Shown here: one piece after another, positions 1-14,039 of the stretch | Layout of the letters: every line of letters begins with the position of its first letter | Position numbering within the stretch: the first letter of the stretch is position 1 | Assembly (NCBI GenBank): GCA_951406725.2 | Contig: OX597828.1 | Coordinates: forward strand, 69,068,001 to 69,132,000 | Direction of reading: 5' to 3' | Origin: Octopus vulgaris | Lineage: Eukaryota | Length of the DNA stretch: 64,000 bases | Translations under genes and position numbers: made by a program | The notes under the pieces: generated by a model | Seen by the model: only the letters and a program-made list of their open reading frames with translations | Told to the model about the DNA's origin: nothing | The model's database searches: none

Positions 1-501
1 TTGAAATGCACAGTTGTATTGTCTGATATTGTTCAGAAAATCCTTTGACTGGATGGAAGTGCCTTCTAGAAGATCCATAAGAGGTCGAAAAGGAGCTGGT
101 ATAGTGCTGGTAATGTTACCAGACTGCCTGAGCAGCACATGCCATTTGTTTCATTTGAAAATTTTAAAGCTCTACAGAAATGACAATTTGTGTTTAGCAC
201 ACCAGTTTGGACAGAGTTATCATTTTTATAAGAATGGGGTGGATCATATCTGAAAGCAGCTTCAGGAGTTGTGAAGAACGAATTTGTACATAGTTTGTTT
301 CTGAGAGCTATTCTATTGGACCTCTGTCTAATCATTAAACCATTGATTTAATGATCCAGCATTAACTGCTGCAGCATGCATTTGCTGATCTTGAGAAAAT
401 CTCATCTCACTTCTCTCTTCAGACTCTTGCCTTTGGTTTTCTACAATCCTCCTTGTTTTATACTTGTTTCTGAAGAGATTACTTCTTTTCTATGGTGGCA
501 T
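1..501 (-). mobile_element. Degenerate Helitron Rep/helicase ORF, N-terminal part (runs off the left edge)
   Basis: Minus strand reads MPP*KRSNL from ATG at 501, then AAFRYDP..VQTGVLNTNCHFCRALKFSNETNGMCCSG.LVTLP (ORF 66-335), then after a frameshift LEGTSIQSKDFLNNIRQYNCAFQ. These match the Helitron CxxC-ALKF-x-ET-x-GMCC and FLxNIRxYNxAFQ motifs. Stop and frameshift mean it is defective. Confidence 0.85.
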
Positions 502-729
502 ATTTTTTTCAATATTGTAAACAAACAATTATAAACATATAAGAACAAATTAGACATTAATCCCTATTTTTGTAAGCAGTTGTATGTATGTAGTATGTTT
601 TTATTTTTGTATGCAATATAAATTAACCAAACAGAAGCACATGCATGAACTGCTCTTTTAATGGTAAATACCACAGTAATTATTATAGATAAATTTCTTA
701 ATATATATATTAAATATATATATTAATAT

Positions 730-858
730 ATACAAAATAAGAAAATGGAGAAATACATCCAAATCAAATATCAACTACCAGATAATATCCAATCACATAC
801 TTTTATCTGGTAGTTGATATTTGATTTGGATGTATTTCTCCATTTTCTTATTTTGTAT
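730..858. repeat. Perfect 56-bp inverted repeat with 17-nt spacer
   Basis: 730-785 (atacaaaataagaaaatggag...ctaccagataa) is the exact reverse complement of 803-858. Confidence 0.95.
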
Positions 859-2016
859 TATGAAATTGTGGTAAAACATTTTACCTTTGCCCATATAATG
901 CAGTAAATGAATTAATTGCATCGCAATTCTTAACATTTATGCATTAACTTTGTTGGGTACCCCACTAGCAGTATATTGGATATATGTTATCCCATGGTGG
1001 GTTGCATTTACAACCCCTATCTCAATTTGTATATTAATATATATATATATTAAATATATATATATTAATATATTAAATGTTAATTTAAGGGTAAATATGT
1101 AACCGTAAATATCTTGCAACCTTGCAACTGCTGCGATAATTATTAACTGGTAATTGAATGGTAAATGTGTGTTTTTATATACCTTGGACTTGTCACCTCA
1201 TTGTTTTTTGTCAAGAGTTTCACCCCCAGCTGTTCTTTACGTCAGTCAACACATACACTGACACACCATTCTGCTGTGGTGGCCGTAAAGACAGAAAGTT
1301 GTCCGTGCATGATGTTGTTCACATTAGGATGTGAATTATTCATTTGTTTCAAATATAATAGAAATAAGATGATGTTAATGTTATCACTTTAGAATTAGAA
1401 TTGAAAGAATGAAAGGGAAACAATATTCTCCTTTGTCCTCACTCTTATTAGTCTCACTTTGTTCAACACCAACAAAAAATTTCATCCCTTTCCATGAAAA
1501 GGTTCTGCCTGAAACCCATGACAACTCTTCTTCCTCACAAAATAAAACATATTCCACCGTTTGAATTAAATGAAACATAGTTATATTTTAAAACAAGCAA
1601 ACTAATATTGTGGCAGTATTAGTAATGTTAGTGGTGATGATAGTTGGTGTTGGTGATGGTAGTGGTGGTATTATGTAGAGGTAGGGGTGCGCAGGGGTTG
1701 TGGTGGTAGTTGAGAAGAAAATGGTAGCTGAAGTATAAGAATTGTAACCTACAAGTCTATTTTCTGTGATGTAGAGGTATTTACATCAGGATTTGTCATG
1801 CATGGAATGAACCGAGGAGAAAGAGTATGATGGATGAGAATTTAAGATTGGAAATAGTTAAGAGTTGATTTCATTAAAGAAGACTGGAAAAGTTGTTTGA
1901 TTGAGTAGAGTGAATGAATGGTTGGAATTGGGTAAAGGTTGCCAAAAATCTGGCCAATATCAGATCAGACATGAAAAATGAAAAATTCAAGTGTCTCCAT
2001 ATTTCCACTTTCTGTT

Positions 2017-2145
<129 letters not shown>

Positions 2146-2630
2146 ATTTGCTTCCTTCATATTAATTTCCGGATATGATGAATCAGCAAGAATTTATTGA
2201 TGATGCCAGTAAAATCAAAACGGTGAGAGCCAGCTTCCCACATTCTTTTACCTTTTTGTATTTCTATCCCATGCTAAAACAAGTCAGATTCTTCTGCAAA
2301 TTCAAACACTGCCATGACATTCTGGAGTGTCCTATAAGTCGTTTCCAACATCACCAACTGCTGGAGAGGAAGCAATATCTTGGTTTTATGTTGGTTGACT
2401 ACCTACACATGAAGTCACTGTTTCATCCCAAAATACATTTCTTTTATCTTGTTGTTAACTTCCCTGTTATCGACTTCATAAATTACTGCTGACATTAGTA
2501 TCACCACCACAACCGTAATGGACTTAAAACTTCAAGTGTAAACTTGAAAGTTATTCAGTTTAACTATAAATTAGGAATCAAGAATTAACAAACTATAATT
2601 GATCATTAGAAGTACATGTAAATCCATACC

Positions 2631-3053
2631 TATTTCTATTTCTTTATTGCCCACAAGGGGCTAAACATAGAGGGGACAAACAAGTACAGACAAATGGATT
2701 AAGTCGATTACATCGACCCCAGTGCGTAACTGGTACTTAATTTATCGACCCCAAAAGAATGAAAGGCAAAGTTGACCTCGGCAGAATTTGAACTCAGAAC
2801 ATAGCAGCAGACGAAGTACCTATTTCTTTATTGCCCACAAGGGGCTAAACATAGAAGGGGACAAACAAGTACAGACAAACAGATTAAGTCGATTACATCA
2901 ACCCCAGTGCGTAACTGATACTTAATTTATCGACCCCGAAAGGATGAAAGGTAAAGTCGACCTCGGCGGAATTTGAACTCAGAATGCAGTGGCGGACAAA
3001 ATACCACAAAGCATTTCGCCCGGTGTGCTAACGATTCTGCCAGCTTGCCGCCT
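2631..3053 (-). mobile_element. tRNA-derived SINE family A (GCCTTTCATCCTTTCGGGGTCGATAAA central domain), 3'-duplicated dimer form
   Basis: Pol III A/B-box-like head (tggcagaatcgttag ... gagttcaaattc on minus); 3' part duplicated; one 14-bp TSD tgtaaatccatacc at 2617-2630 and 3054-3067. Confidence 0.9.
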
Positions 3054-6000
3054 TGTAAATCCATACCAAAGAAGGATGATATTGAAATATGCAATGATAT
3101 GAAAGACGGTAATAATGAGGCTGCTCTCTCTCTCTCTCTCTCTCTCTCTCATCCAAATTTACACCTCCTTTATCCTTCAGCATCAATTACACTGTATCGT
3201 ATAGAAGCTAGACATGTTACTCTACATGTCTCAATGTACATATATGTTCAACTATTCCCATTTCACAGTCGAGTGACACAGCCCTCAAAAGTATATCTTC
3301 TCATCAAAGGAAGGAAAAAATTACCAAATTATCTTTATTTTTGGAGCTGCATAACTAATTTAAAATTCATTTAAAACCATTAAAAATTTCATTCCTCTCA
3401 TTGAAACTTTAAAAAATAAAACTTCCCAAATGCCCCTTAGTTGTAGCTTTGTTAGTTGTTCAAACTTATATGAATTGTGTGGTGTATATTAGTTTAATGA
3501 TCTCTACTATCAGGTTTCAAATGCTGTAAATTATTGGGAGGCAAAAGGTTGTATGGAAGAAACATCATCGACAATAACATCTGTTTAGTAGACTTTTGGA
3601 ATGATCTAATATATTACCTGACAATCCAACTAGGTTACACTAGTTTGTCTTTCACATTCTCTTCTTACATAAAAGGAACTGTTAATGTGTTTTTCTCTTT
3701 CTTTTTCAGAAGTTTTGAGAAAATTCAAAATTGAGCTTCATTGAAGCATGGAATGTAGTGAAATCATATAGAAATTCTTAATAGAACTTACAGAAGTTTG
3801 CAACATGAGATTTCCATAAGAATATCTCAGAAATGTTACTTTAGGATATTAATAAAGCATTAGTCTATAGCAATGATATATTATTTCAACATTTCAGAGA
3901 GTTTTCTAATTACCAGGAGTATTGTATGATATATGGCACTTCGAAAAAGGTAAGTGGACCATAAAACATTTCTCACCAGAAAAAGCAATGAAGGAATCAG
4001 CTGTTGGCGTTTGCTGGAAATTAAGAAAACGAAGGGAGTAAAGTTCCTTGAAAGTAAAAACATAAATAAAAAGTAATAAAGATTAATTATGCAAACCTAC
4101 TCAGTTTTCCTAATTACTGATACGATGTAAATATATTTCAATATCTGATGGTGACAACATGATCAGACGTGTGGTATAGGCTTGAGTTTGGTGAGTTAAT
4201 CATGTTTTAAGTTAACAGCAGCAACAGGCCATATACAACCCATTCAACTGTTGTCACTCACCATGGGAATATCTAATTTATTTTACTAAAGTTTAACTCT
4301 AACATGAAGGAGATACGTTTTTCCATTAAATAGATGTGTATTGTTGCATGATAACAAATGATTGAAAAAGGCAGTATTTAATTCAATTGTTGTTATTTCT
4401 AGATAGTATTGATCATCATTGATTAAGTTGATCTATGTCACTAGAATAGCCAACTAATTGATAAGTGGTAACAGTGGCATAGCTAATGGTAGAGCTAAGG
4501 GTGAGCGACTGCTACCCACAAGAACATTTTTCAAAACTGGTGTCTTTTCAACAATTTTTGTAACTCTTTATAGTTCACTTGTGCAATAAAAGTCCAATCT
4601 CTTTTTTTTTTTTTGCTAATTATATGTGATCGTTACCAGCGTCGCCTTACTGGCACACGAACCCCGTGCTAGTAGAGTATTAAGAGCCCCATCCGAGTGT
4701 GATCTTCTTTGGTCATTGTGATGACTACTGCTTCATAGGATCATATTTGCAGATCTAACTCTCATTTTTTTATATTATTGTTTTACATATTTTACACCCA
4801 ACTGGCAAATGATGGGCTTTTCCTTCCAGTGTTTCCTTGCTAATCTGGTACAAATATTTGCTTCTGCCAGATAATTAAATGATTATAGAGCCAAATTTCA
4901 TGGAATAAGTTTAGCGATCCATAAATATCTTCTATAGTTAGTTAAACAGTTCTTTTTGTATTGATTTGCTATGCTGCTAAATATTTAGACCTATTATATT
5001 TAGACCTATTACACTGTTTTCCAGGATTTAGTGCTACTGAATTTCATTCCTTACACAATTTATTCTTGTGTTCAATTGATATCCCTTCTGAGACCACAGA
5101 CTCTTTTATTAGAGAAAGTTAGATTTCAGAAGCATGAATTTACAAGCCAATAATATTTCTGATTAGAAATATCTTTGCTTGCCAATATTCTTATGAAAAG
5201 CGTTCTTATTATAACTTAAACATAGGCAGCTTTCTAATGATCAACTTGTTAATCATGTCTTTCATGGGCAAAATGTCATTTTAAAAGTTAAGATGAAGTT
5301 GATAGTTGACTTAATTGCTCCCTGTACTTGACTGGTTCCACTTTATATTTTACATCCTGAAAGAATAAACAACTTAGGTAGTACTGGTGGGATTTGAACT
5401 CATAACTTATGTAAATACTACAAAGCATTTCATATATCACTCTACTGTTTCCACCACCATGCAAAGCAGGTTGTAAAAAGATCTCATTCTTTTTGTGATT
5501 TACAGCTTCTAAAGAAAAAAAGAAGACATTTAAGTAATTTCATATCTGACCCCGACTGTTTTAAAAGTTCTCTTAAACTATTAACATAAACCCTCAGAGA
5601 AAAACTTTACACTACTAAAATATATGAAAGATTATAGATATTGATATAGTTTTAATTTCAGTTTTCAGCTGAGACTTAACTGACAAAAGAGAAGAACTGA
5701 AAGTTTGTTTGGAAGAGAAAAAAACATTTAAAAAATCCTTTCCTACTGTGTTGATGATTTATTCCTGAGATATTAGGTTGATGGGAAGAGGTTTACCACA
5801 AAGAATAACAGATAAATAGACAACTTTTGTATGGTTATTTGTCAATGTTATGTTGCTACATTATACACTTTGTTCCAGCATTCATTACAACAGATCATTG
5901 TTAGACACAGTAGCTTTCATTTAATGTTCATTTGTATCAGCCAATAGGGACGAACAGACATTTATTTTCTTTTTAAACCTCTTGTTGAGGAATGAATAGA

Positions 6001-6557
6001 CCGCAGATATTTTCATCTTGACAACAGGTGTTTTACATCTGGATGTCCTTTCTAACCAATAACTCTATCTTAAAGAATTCCTATTTTCCAGAGAAAAGAA
6101 ATTAGGACATGTATGTGTCATTCATAAAAAGATGACACGTCATAAAATCTGTATCAGAGCTGAAAGTCATGGCCTTTGACATGTATGTATGTTATTTCAT
6201 CAACTATTACATATTTTAATTTGGAAATAATGAAAACAAAATAAAACATTGACAACATTCCTCGCTAAATATTATTGGAATGGTTTAGACTACATATATA
6301 ATAATATCACTCTAGAATTCTATGATCCATTTTCTTTCATACTGTTTTTTTTTCCCAAATCAAGATTTCAGATTCGTGCTTAATTTTTATGTTGTAGTAA
6401 ATAAAGAGGATTAAAATTCATTTGTGCATCAGATTCCTGAAGTTTAACGATGTCATATGTCTAAAACAATTGTATGAATATGAAGTGGAAACATGAAAAT
6501 GAAGTTTTAATTCTTTGTAAGGTATTTATTGTTTACAAGATGGACATCAAACACAGA

Positions 6558-6978
6558 ATCATCATCATCATCATCATCGTTTAACATCCGCTTTCCATGC
6601 TAGCATGGGTTGGACGGTTTGACTGTGGGCTGGCGAACCTGATGGCTGCACCAGGCTCCAGTCTTGACCTGGCAGAGTTTCTACAGCTGGATGCTCTTCC
6701 TAACGCCAACCACTCTGAGAGTGTAGTGGGTGCTTTTACATGCCACCGGCACGGGGGCCACTCAGGCAGTACTGGCAACAACCTCGCTCAAATTTGTTAC
6801 ACATGCCAACGGCACAGGTGCCAGTAAGGCAATGTTGGTAACGATCATGCTCGAATGGTGCCTCCTACATGCCACCGGCACAGAAGCCAGTTAGCCGCTC
6901 TGGCAACGATCTCACTTGGATGGTCCTCTTAGCACCCTACTAGCAAGGGGCACAAATGCCAGTAAGGCGAAGCTGGCA
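6558..6978 (-). mobile_element. Non-autonomous retroposon family C with RTE-like (GAT)n tail and internal gtgccggtggcacgtaaaagcacc repeats
   Basis: (ATC)n tail followed by gtttaacatccgctttccatgctagcatgggttgg; more than 12 related copies in the window. Confidence 0.85.
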
Positions 6979-7731
6979 TAACAAAAAAAAGAAAAGAATT
7001 ATAGTGCTTATCCCAGATAGTTCTTCCCATTTGCCAGTTCCAACAGCTGGTTGATGAAAGGCTGCTGTTTGTGTTGTTCAAATTCCTACAGTTGGTCACT
7101 CATTGTTTTTGACCATTTTTGTCCTCAAATACTATGATTGCATCACAGAACTCAAACACTCTTGTTTCCTTCTCATTTCTATAGCTGCAGCTGCAGTCTC
7201 CATGTATACTATTGAACCCAACAAGTCTGCTGAAGACAAGTTCATTCATCATTCATTGTCATTTGTCATCTAGGGTTCTGTAGAATCAGTTCTTCTGTCC
7301 GTATGCCAATCTAAGCTGGGGAACATATACAGAGATAAATGTCATGGTTGTATTTCCCAAGACTTGCCAAGACTTAACTCTTCCATCACACACAATAACA
7401 CTCACTTTATCGACTCTTTTCTGTCAAAAGTATGTCCACAGCCACCACAACATCATATGTATATATATTATCATCAACATTGTTTAATGTGCATCTTCCA
7501 TGCATGCATGGGTAGGACAGTTGATAGGAGCCAGCCAGGTAGAAGACTACCCCAGGCTACTGTGTCTGTTTTGGCAGAGTTTTTACAGCTGGATGCCCTT
7601 CCTAACACCAACCACTATGCAGAGAGGACTCAGTGCTTATTACATGACACTAGCAGAGATGAGGTTAGCTTTGGCATGATTTTTACAGCTGTCAAACACA
7701 CACACGTATATATATATATATATATATATAT

Positions 7732-8021
7732 AACGGGAAGGTTTACGAAAATAAACAAAAGATGAAGGCAGGTTTACGAAAATAAACAAAAGACGAAGGC
7801 AGGTTTACGAAAATAAACAAAAGACGAAGGCAGGTTTACGAAAATAAACAAAAGACGAAGGCAGGTGGAGTACAAACAAACAATTGTATTAGTATGGTGC
7901 TCAGGAATAGAAATAAAACAAGTCTTTTACATTTCGAGCCTACGCTCTTCGACAGAAAGATACACAGAAAAGAAACAAGGAGAGAAAAATTGCGTGTAGG
8001 AGCTAATGATCCAACATGGCG
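7732..8021 (-). mobile_element. Penelope-like terminal remnant with hammerhead-like motif (7923-7960)
   Basis: Minus strand TCTTT-CTGTCGA-A-GAGC-gtag-GCTC-GAAATGTA-AAAGA; related copy at 22718-22932; flanked by (TA)n. Penelope assignment inferred from the minimal hammerhead. Confidence 0.6.
7739..7862 (+). repeat. 31-bp minisatellite, 4 copies
   Basis: aggtttacgaaaataaacaaaagacgaaggc at 7739, 7770, 7801 and 7832 (one substitution in the first). Confidence 0.95.

Positions 8022-8022
<1 letters not shown>

Positions 8023-8098
<76 letters not shown>
8023..8098. repeat. (TA)n microsatellite
   Basis: Pure TA run. Confidence 0.97.
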
Positions 8099-8103
<5 letters not shown>

Positions 8104-8699
8104 GAATTGTTGGGGATTTTTTTTCTTCTTTTTTCCCTCAATTTATTGGACTTTCCTGTCTCCTGTTTCTGCAGAGGTTTGCTCAAAATGTAAAACCACC
8201 TTTCTTTCCTTCCCTGGACATCTGCTAATTTTTTACATGTACCACATCCTCACGTTGTTGCTTTTTATATTTGTTCTTCGCTTTTTTGGGATTTACTACA
8301 TATATATTTACTACTACTATTAATTTTTTTACTATAATCATATCTTAAATATAGCCACGAAACATGTGTCGTTATTCTATCAAATATATACGTTTTTATT
8401 ATTATTTTGCAATTTACTTAATCATCGGCATATTATTGTTATTTTAATTTTAATATTTCTATTATATGTAATTTTCTAGATGGTGTAATTTAATTGTTCA
8501 TTTTGAATTGATAAAAGGTGGTTTTTCTAATTTTTATATATATATATATTATATTTTGTGAAATTTGATTTAGTATTTCTAAATAGAATTTTTCCCTGTA
8601 AGTTAGGAATAATAATCCTTCAAATAATTATTATATGTATATATATATATATATATATATTTACATATATACATACACACATACACACGCACATATATA

Positions 8700-9478
8700 T
8701 TATCTTTATCTTTTAGTTGTTTCAGTTATTGAATGACGGCCATGCTGTGGCACTCTCTAAAAGGACTGAATCAAACAAATTGCACCCAGAACTTACATTT
8801 CTTTTAAAGTTTGGTATTTATCCTTTTAGACTCTTTAATTGAACAGCTAAGTAACAAGAATGTATACAAACCAACACTGGTCGTCAAGTGATGGTGGGGG
8901 ACAAACACACACACACACACACACATATATCTCTCTATATATAAAGCTGAAGTTGTCTGTGTATGGCAGGTTTGGTAGCCTTCAACTAACACTATCTCCT
9001 CCGAGACTCTGTGGCACAAGTTGACCAAAATTGAGAGTATGATAGAAGAAGGCTTTCTCTTCCTTCCGTAGAAGAAAAAAATTCAAATCGGACCATGTTA
9101 ACACCAAAAATTATTTATATCAAAAAGGTGCTTTTTTTCTATGAAAATCCCTATTTTTTACGATTTTTTGACTGCTGTGTTGCCATTTTTCAGTGTATTT
9201 CAACCAGAAAAATGTTCACTTAAAGAGAATAACAAGTTACATAATGCAAAGTTTTACTTTTCAAAAATTCCAATTCTAAAGGGTCGAAACAAACTCAAGC
9301 AACGCTGGGCAATACTGCTAGTATATATATATATATGACAGGCTTCTTTCAGTTTTTGTCAACCAAATCCACTCACAAAACTCAGGTCAGCCTGAGGCTG
9401 CAGTAGAAGATCAGAAAACATTTACCCAGAATTATGGTTGGAAAACAAACATCTCATCACACAGCCTCATCTGCATCA
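8700..9478 (-). mobile_element. CORE-type tRNA SINE family B, degenerate, interrupted by a Helitron
   Basis: Similar to 42604-43023; split inside its CA/TA tract by element 8930-9321. Confidence 0.7.
8930..9321 (+). mobile_element. Non-autonomous Helitron
   Basis: A|TC 5' end, subterminal ctcaagcaacgctgggc hairpin remnant, CTAG|T 3' end, no TSD. Confidence 0.8.
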
Positions 9479-10394
9479 AGAATAATAATGATAGCTACTC
9501 AGTTCCTATGGTGTATATGATCAAAATATAGGATTACCCAAAATTTGTAAATCTTCTTGCTCATTTCCTCACATTCGGTCTTAGGTTATAAATAGAGAAC
9601 ACATTTAGAGTGGAGTGTAGGTATTTGACATCTACTTCTAGCGCATAGATGCTGACATTCCAGTACCCTTAATTATAATTATATTTTTATGATTATATAC
9701 TTTAAAATACACATACACACACACATACCTATATACATAGACATATTACATGCAAGCATATTTATATGATGCTCACAACACATACATATATTCATGTAGA
9801 ATGTATGTGTATACATCCGTGCATATAAAGACATTTTTGAGGTTTCAAATAGACATCTATTGAGATTTGACAAATATGTCTGCCGGAGTGTTTCAGCAAA
9901 TTCAGCTTCCACCATGAGCTACATAGCTTGAAGACTACAGTGTATGGATGATAGACCACCAAATTTTTTTATTTACATATTTATTCATTTTTGTTGTGTT
10001 ATCTTATGAGGTTAGCTTCATTGAAAATGTCATGATAGCAAGCTTCAATTCAAATGATAAGAATGCTGAAGAATGGTATGCAAACAAACACATCTTTCAT
10101 GTAAAGAGAAAATCTAACTTTGATATCTGTCAGGGCAAAAAACATTCTCACTTCTGACATGACATACCCAGCCAAAGCTAAAAGAATTGGTGTTTATGAT
10201 ATTTTTGCTGTAAAAACACAAATATTACTATTATTTTTTTCCTTTTATTTGTTGTTGTTGTTGTTTGAAAATAGTGTGACCCCTTTTAGTCCTTTCTTGT
10301 CAAACAGTAGTTGTTAAGAAGACCAAACAGACAATGAAATATTGCAGGCGATGAGAAATCTTATGTGAGAAATGGTAAATGCAATAACTCTATG

Positions 10395-10560
10395 TGTAAT
10401 TCTGTTGTGTCTGGGGAGAGTCATTTTCTTTTTGTGCCTTATAATGTAACACACTCACCGGTAAAATTTCCACTTATTTCTTATTTTTATTTTCCTAAAA
10501 TTTTCGTTGCATCTTGCAGCCTTTTCAATAGTCTTGACTCTGTCCCTTATTTACACTGCG
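10395..10560 (-). mobile_element. Penelope-like terminal remnant with U3/A8 hammerhead-like motif (10495-10531)
   Basis: Same family as 14823-15025 and 15420-15810. Minus strand CTA-TTGAAAA-G-GCTGC-aagat-GCAAC-GAAAATTT-TAG. Confidence 0.6.
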
Positions 10561-10904
10561 TTCCCTTTTGTTTGTTTGTGCGCATGCGTGTGGGTCAGTG
10601 TGTGTGTGTGCATGTAAGTATGTATGTATGTGTGTGTTTGCATGTGTATGTATGTATATATGTGTATGCATATGTATATGTATATTTGCAAACCAAATCC
10701 CCAAACGAAATCTATGTATAATTTATTTTCCTTTACATTTGTACCTTAGGATTATAGATTTCACTTCTATGTCTTCTTTTGTATCATTAAAATATTAATA
10801 CTCAAGCCAGGTGTCACAAACTCTATATGGGGTGGAGGAGGATATAACATTTTAAAATATAAGTGCAGGTGTGGCAGTGTGGTAAGAAACACAGACACAA
10901 AGAG

Positions 10905-10979
10905 TCACACACACACACACATACACACAATCACACACAATCACACACTCACACACTCACACACACAATCACACACAAT

Positions 10980-11010
<31 letters not shown>

Positions 11011-11037
11011 ACACACTCACACACACACAATCACACA

Positions 11038-11133
<96 letters not shown>

Positions 11134-11175
11134 ACACACACACACAATCACACACACACAATCACACACACACAC
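10905..11175. repeat. Long compound (CA)n microsatellite
   Basis: About 270 bp of CA with caat/cact interruptions. Confidence 0.97.
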
Positions 11176-11574
11176 TCTCTCAATGTTCTAAGAGTTGACC
11201 AAAAGTACTCCAGAACAAATAACCCACAATATCAATGTTATAAATCAGACAAACACTCATTAAAAAAACAAAAACAAATTACAACCAAAACCTATAAATT
11301 TCAGTATTTTGTGATGGAAAAGAGAAAACAAAAAAAGAGAAAATTTTAACAGGAATGATGAAAAAAGATATCCCTAAAACATACTTAGAAAACTTCTCCA
11401 TAAATGTGGAAAATAATTTCAAGGGTGTATGCTATCATTTTTCCAGTTGGCATCTAATTACAAACAGTAAGGCATTATGCATAAATGCAAACAGTATTTT
11501 TAGGCCCAAGTATTTTAATGTTCGTTATAATTTTTCTAGAATTATTTCCCTATAGATTGTTTTTTGAAACTCAG

Positions 11575-11623
<49 letters not shown>

Positions 11624-11715
11624 AATATTCACATACATAAATATATTTATATACGGTGATATACATAAATATATACATGCAGATACAAACACATGCACAT
11701 ACAGGCATATATATA

Positions 11716-12532
11716 TTAGCAGAAATACCCAGCATTGCCCAGGTTAAAGAAAATAATGAAATTTAAAAATGCCTTTTAGATCTCTAACTAACATGACACA
11801 TAGACTATGCAGGTCTTACCTCCTAGTAGCTGGGATGCCAACTGTATACGTTAATAATCCGGCATTTCCCAGGTTATTGAAAATAATGATATTTAAGTAT
11901 GCCTTTTAAATCTCTAAGTAAAATGAAACATGGATTATGCAGTTCTCAACAGCTATTAGCTGAGATACCAACTGTATATGTCAATAACATGTTCTGCCAG
12001 ATGTTCTCACTATTAAAATTGTTTAAAAAAAGAAGGTAGTTCTTAGTCTTTGCAATCACCTTCAATAGTCAGGACTTATTTGAAACATGTTCATCATCAT
12101 CATCATCGTTTAACGTCTGCTTTCCATGCTAGCATGGGTTGGACGATTTTGACTGAGGACTGGCGAACCAGATGGCTGCACCAGGCTCCAATCTTGATCT
12201 GGCAGAGTTTCTACAGCTGGATGCCCTTCCTAATGCCAGCCACTCCGAGAGTGTAGTGGGTGCTTTTTACATGCCACCAGCATGGGGGCCAGTCAGGCAG
12301 TACTGGCAATGACCTCGCTTGAATCCTTTTACACGTGCCAGTTAAACTTGAAAATGTATAAATTTGAGAAGAACTGCCCTATGGGCTCTCTTCTTCTGTT
12401 AATAAATACATTTTACAAAAATTCTATCGGATGACGGGAGTATAAACAAATGTATTGAAACAAATTCCTAAATCAATCACACTTTAATTATCTAGGGCCT
12501 CTAAATATACAATGTTTTCAGCGTGTCCTTTA
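11716..12532 (-). mobile_element. Helitron 3' end with helicase C-terminal remnant, internal ~130-bp tandem duplication and a SINE insertion
   Basis: Minus strand GHAENIVYLEALD* at 12488-12529 resembles the Helitron C-terminal NIVYxEAL motif; 3' end gggcaatgctgggtatttctgctaa; ~11730-11858 resembles ~11860-11990. Confidence 0.65.
12092..12340 (-). mobile_element. Retroposon family C copy
   Basis: (CAT)n tail plus body as in 6558-6978. Confidence 0.85.
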
Positions 12533-12799
12533 ATTGGTGTATACATGAAAATTTTGGGGGGACTTCCAACTCATTATTGCTCCATTATTGTGATTCCATG
12601 TTTATTAATTGCAAGCATGTTTATTAATTGCAAGTAAATATCTATCTCAACATGTGTGTGCGTGTGTGTAATTATAATTGAAATGTTATATGTATGTGTG
12701 AGTATGAATTAATGAATGATGCAGCCCATGAAATAATGAATGATCCAACCCATGTGACCATGAAATATGAATGTTATAAAAATGCTATAAATTTGTATC

Positions 12800-12990
12800 A
12801 AATTTTGGCACGAGGCTAGAAATTTTAGGGAGGGACTAAGTTGATTACACCAACCCCAGTGCTCAAATAGTACTTATTTTATCAACCTTGAAAGGATGAA
12901 AGGCAGAGTCAACCCCACCAGCATTTGAACCCTGAATGTTTAAAGACAGATGAAATGTCTTGCATGCTAATGATTCTGCCAGCTCACCAC
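12800..12990 (-). mobile_element. Degenerate SINE family A
   Basis: gtacttattttatcaaccttgaaaggatgaaaggc ... gattctgccagctcacc. Confidence 0.7.
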
Positions 12991-13094
12991 TTTTGAATGT
13001 TATATATTGTGTACTGATGTTGTTACATGAAACCAGGTTTCCTGTCTCTTTGAAGGATGTTTTCATATCCCTACTCATGAAAATGGTGTATAAG

Positions 13095-13253
13095 TGCAGG
13101 GGTGGCAGTGTGGTAAGGAGCTTGCTTCCCAACAACATGCTCCCAGGTTTAGTCCCACAGAGTGACACCTTGGGCAAGTGTCTTCTACTATAGCCTTGGG
13201 ATGACCGAAGCCATGTGAGTGGATTTAGCAGACGGAAATTGAAAGAAGCCTGT

Positions 13254-13301
<48 letters not shown>

Positions 13302-13545
13302 TGTGTATATATCTATGTGTGTGTATCTGTGTATGTGTTTGTCCCCCTATCACCGCTTGACAACAGGTGTTGGTGTGTTTACATCCCTGTAACTTAGCAG
13401 TTCAGCAAAAGTGACTGATAAAATAAGTATGAAGCTTAAGAAATAAGCCCTGGGGTCAATTTGTTTGACTGAAACCCTTTAAGGCGGTGCTCCAGCATGG
13501 CTGCAGTCAAATGACTGAAACAAGAAAAAAGAGTAAAAAAGAAAA
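13095..13545 (+). mobile_element. CORE-type tRNA SINE family B
   Basis: Head gtggcagtgtggtaagg...ggtttagtccc, CORE-like accttgggcaagtgtctt, internal TA/TG tract, gtaaaaga-type tail. Confidence 0.85.
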
Positions 13546-14007
13546 GAATCCAACTTAGACAATTTGTGTGAGTGATGAGTGGCAAATCTTATGGATGAGT
13601 GAAGAGTGATGTCATCTGAATAAAAGTGTGTATGGTTAAAAGTGATGATGAGAATATTGTTTATGTATGAAAATGCGATACACTTTAAAACTTGGAGTAA
13701 AACAAAAGTTGACAGAATGTAAGTCAAAGAGAGTCTGTAATTCTATATTCAATCAGAATTTTCATGTCTTTGATGTGGAAAAATGAACTGACAAATTTAT
13801 CAATTTAGTGAGTGACTATTCCTATCATAGATGTGTTTAGATGTGTACATATGTGTATATATCAATGTGCGCTCACACTTTCATAAACATGTGTCTGTCT
13901 GTCTATCTATCTATTTATATGTCAGTCTGTCTATCTATACATACATATACACACATATCTATATATGTACAAATATATCAAAATATTTACATATAAACTG
14001 TAAATCA

Positions 14008-14039
<32 letters not shown>

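Noticed and set aside
7209-7226. Minus-strand cAG|TCWVQ* as ULK3 terminal exon
   Set aside because: Needs phase 0 but the last firm exon ends in phase 1; weak pyrimidine tract; no bridging exon found.
10863-11349. His/Thr-rich ORFs, and similar YI, LS, ER and CV repeat ORFs elsewhere
   Set aside because: Translations of CA, TA, GA and TG microsatellites.
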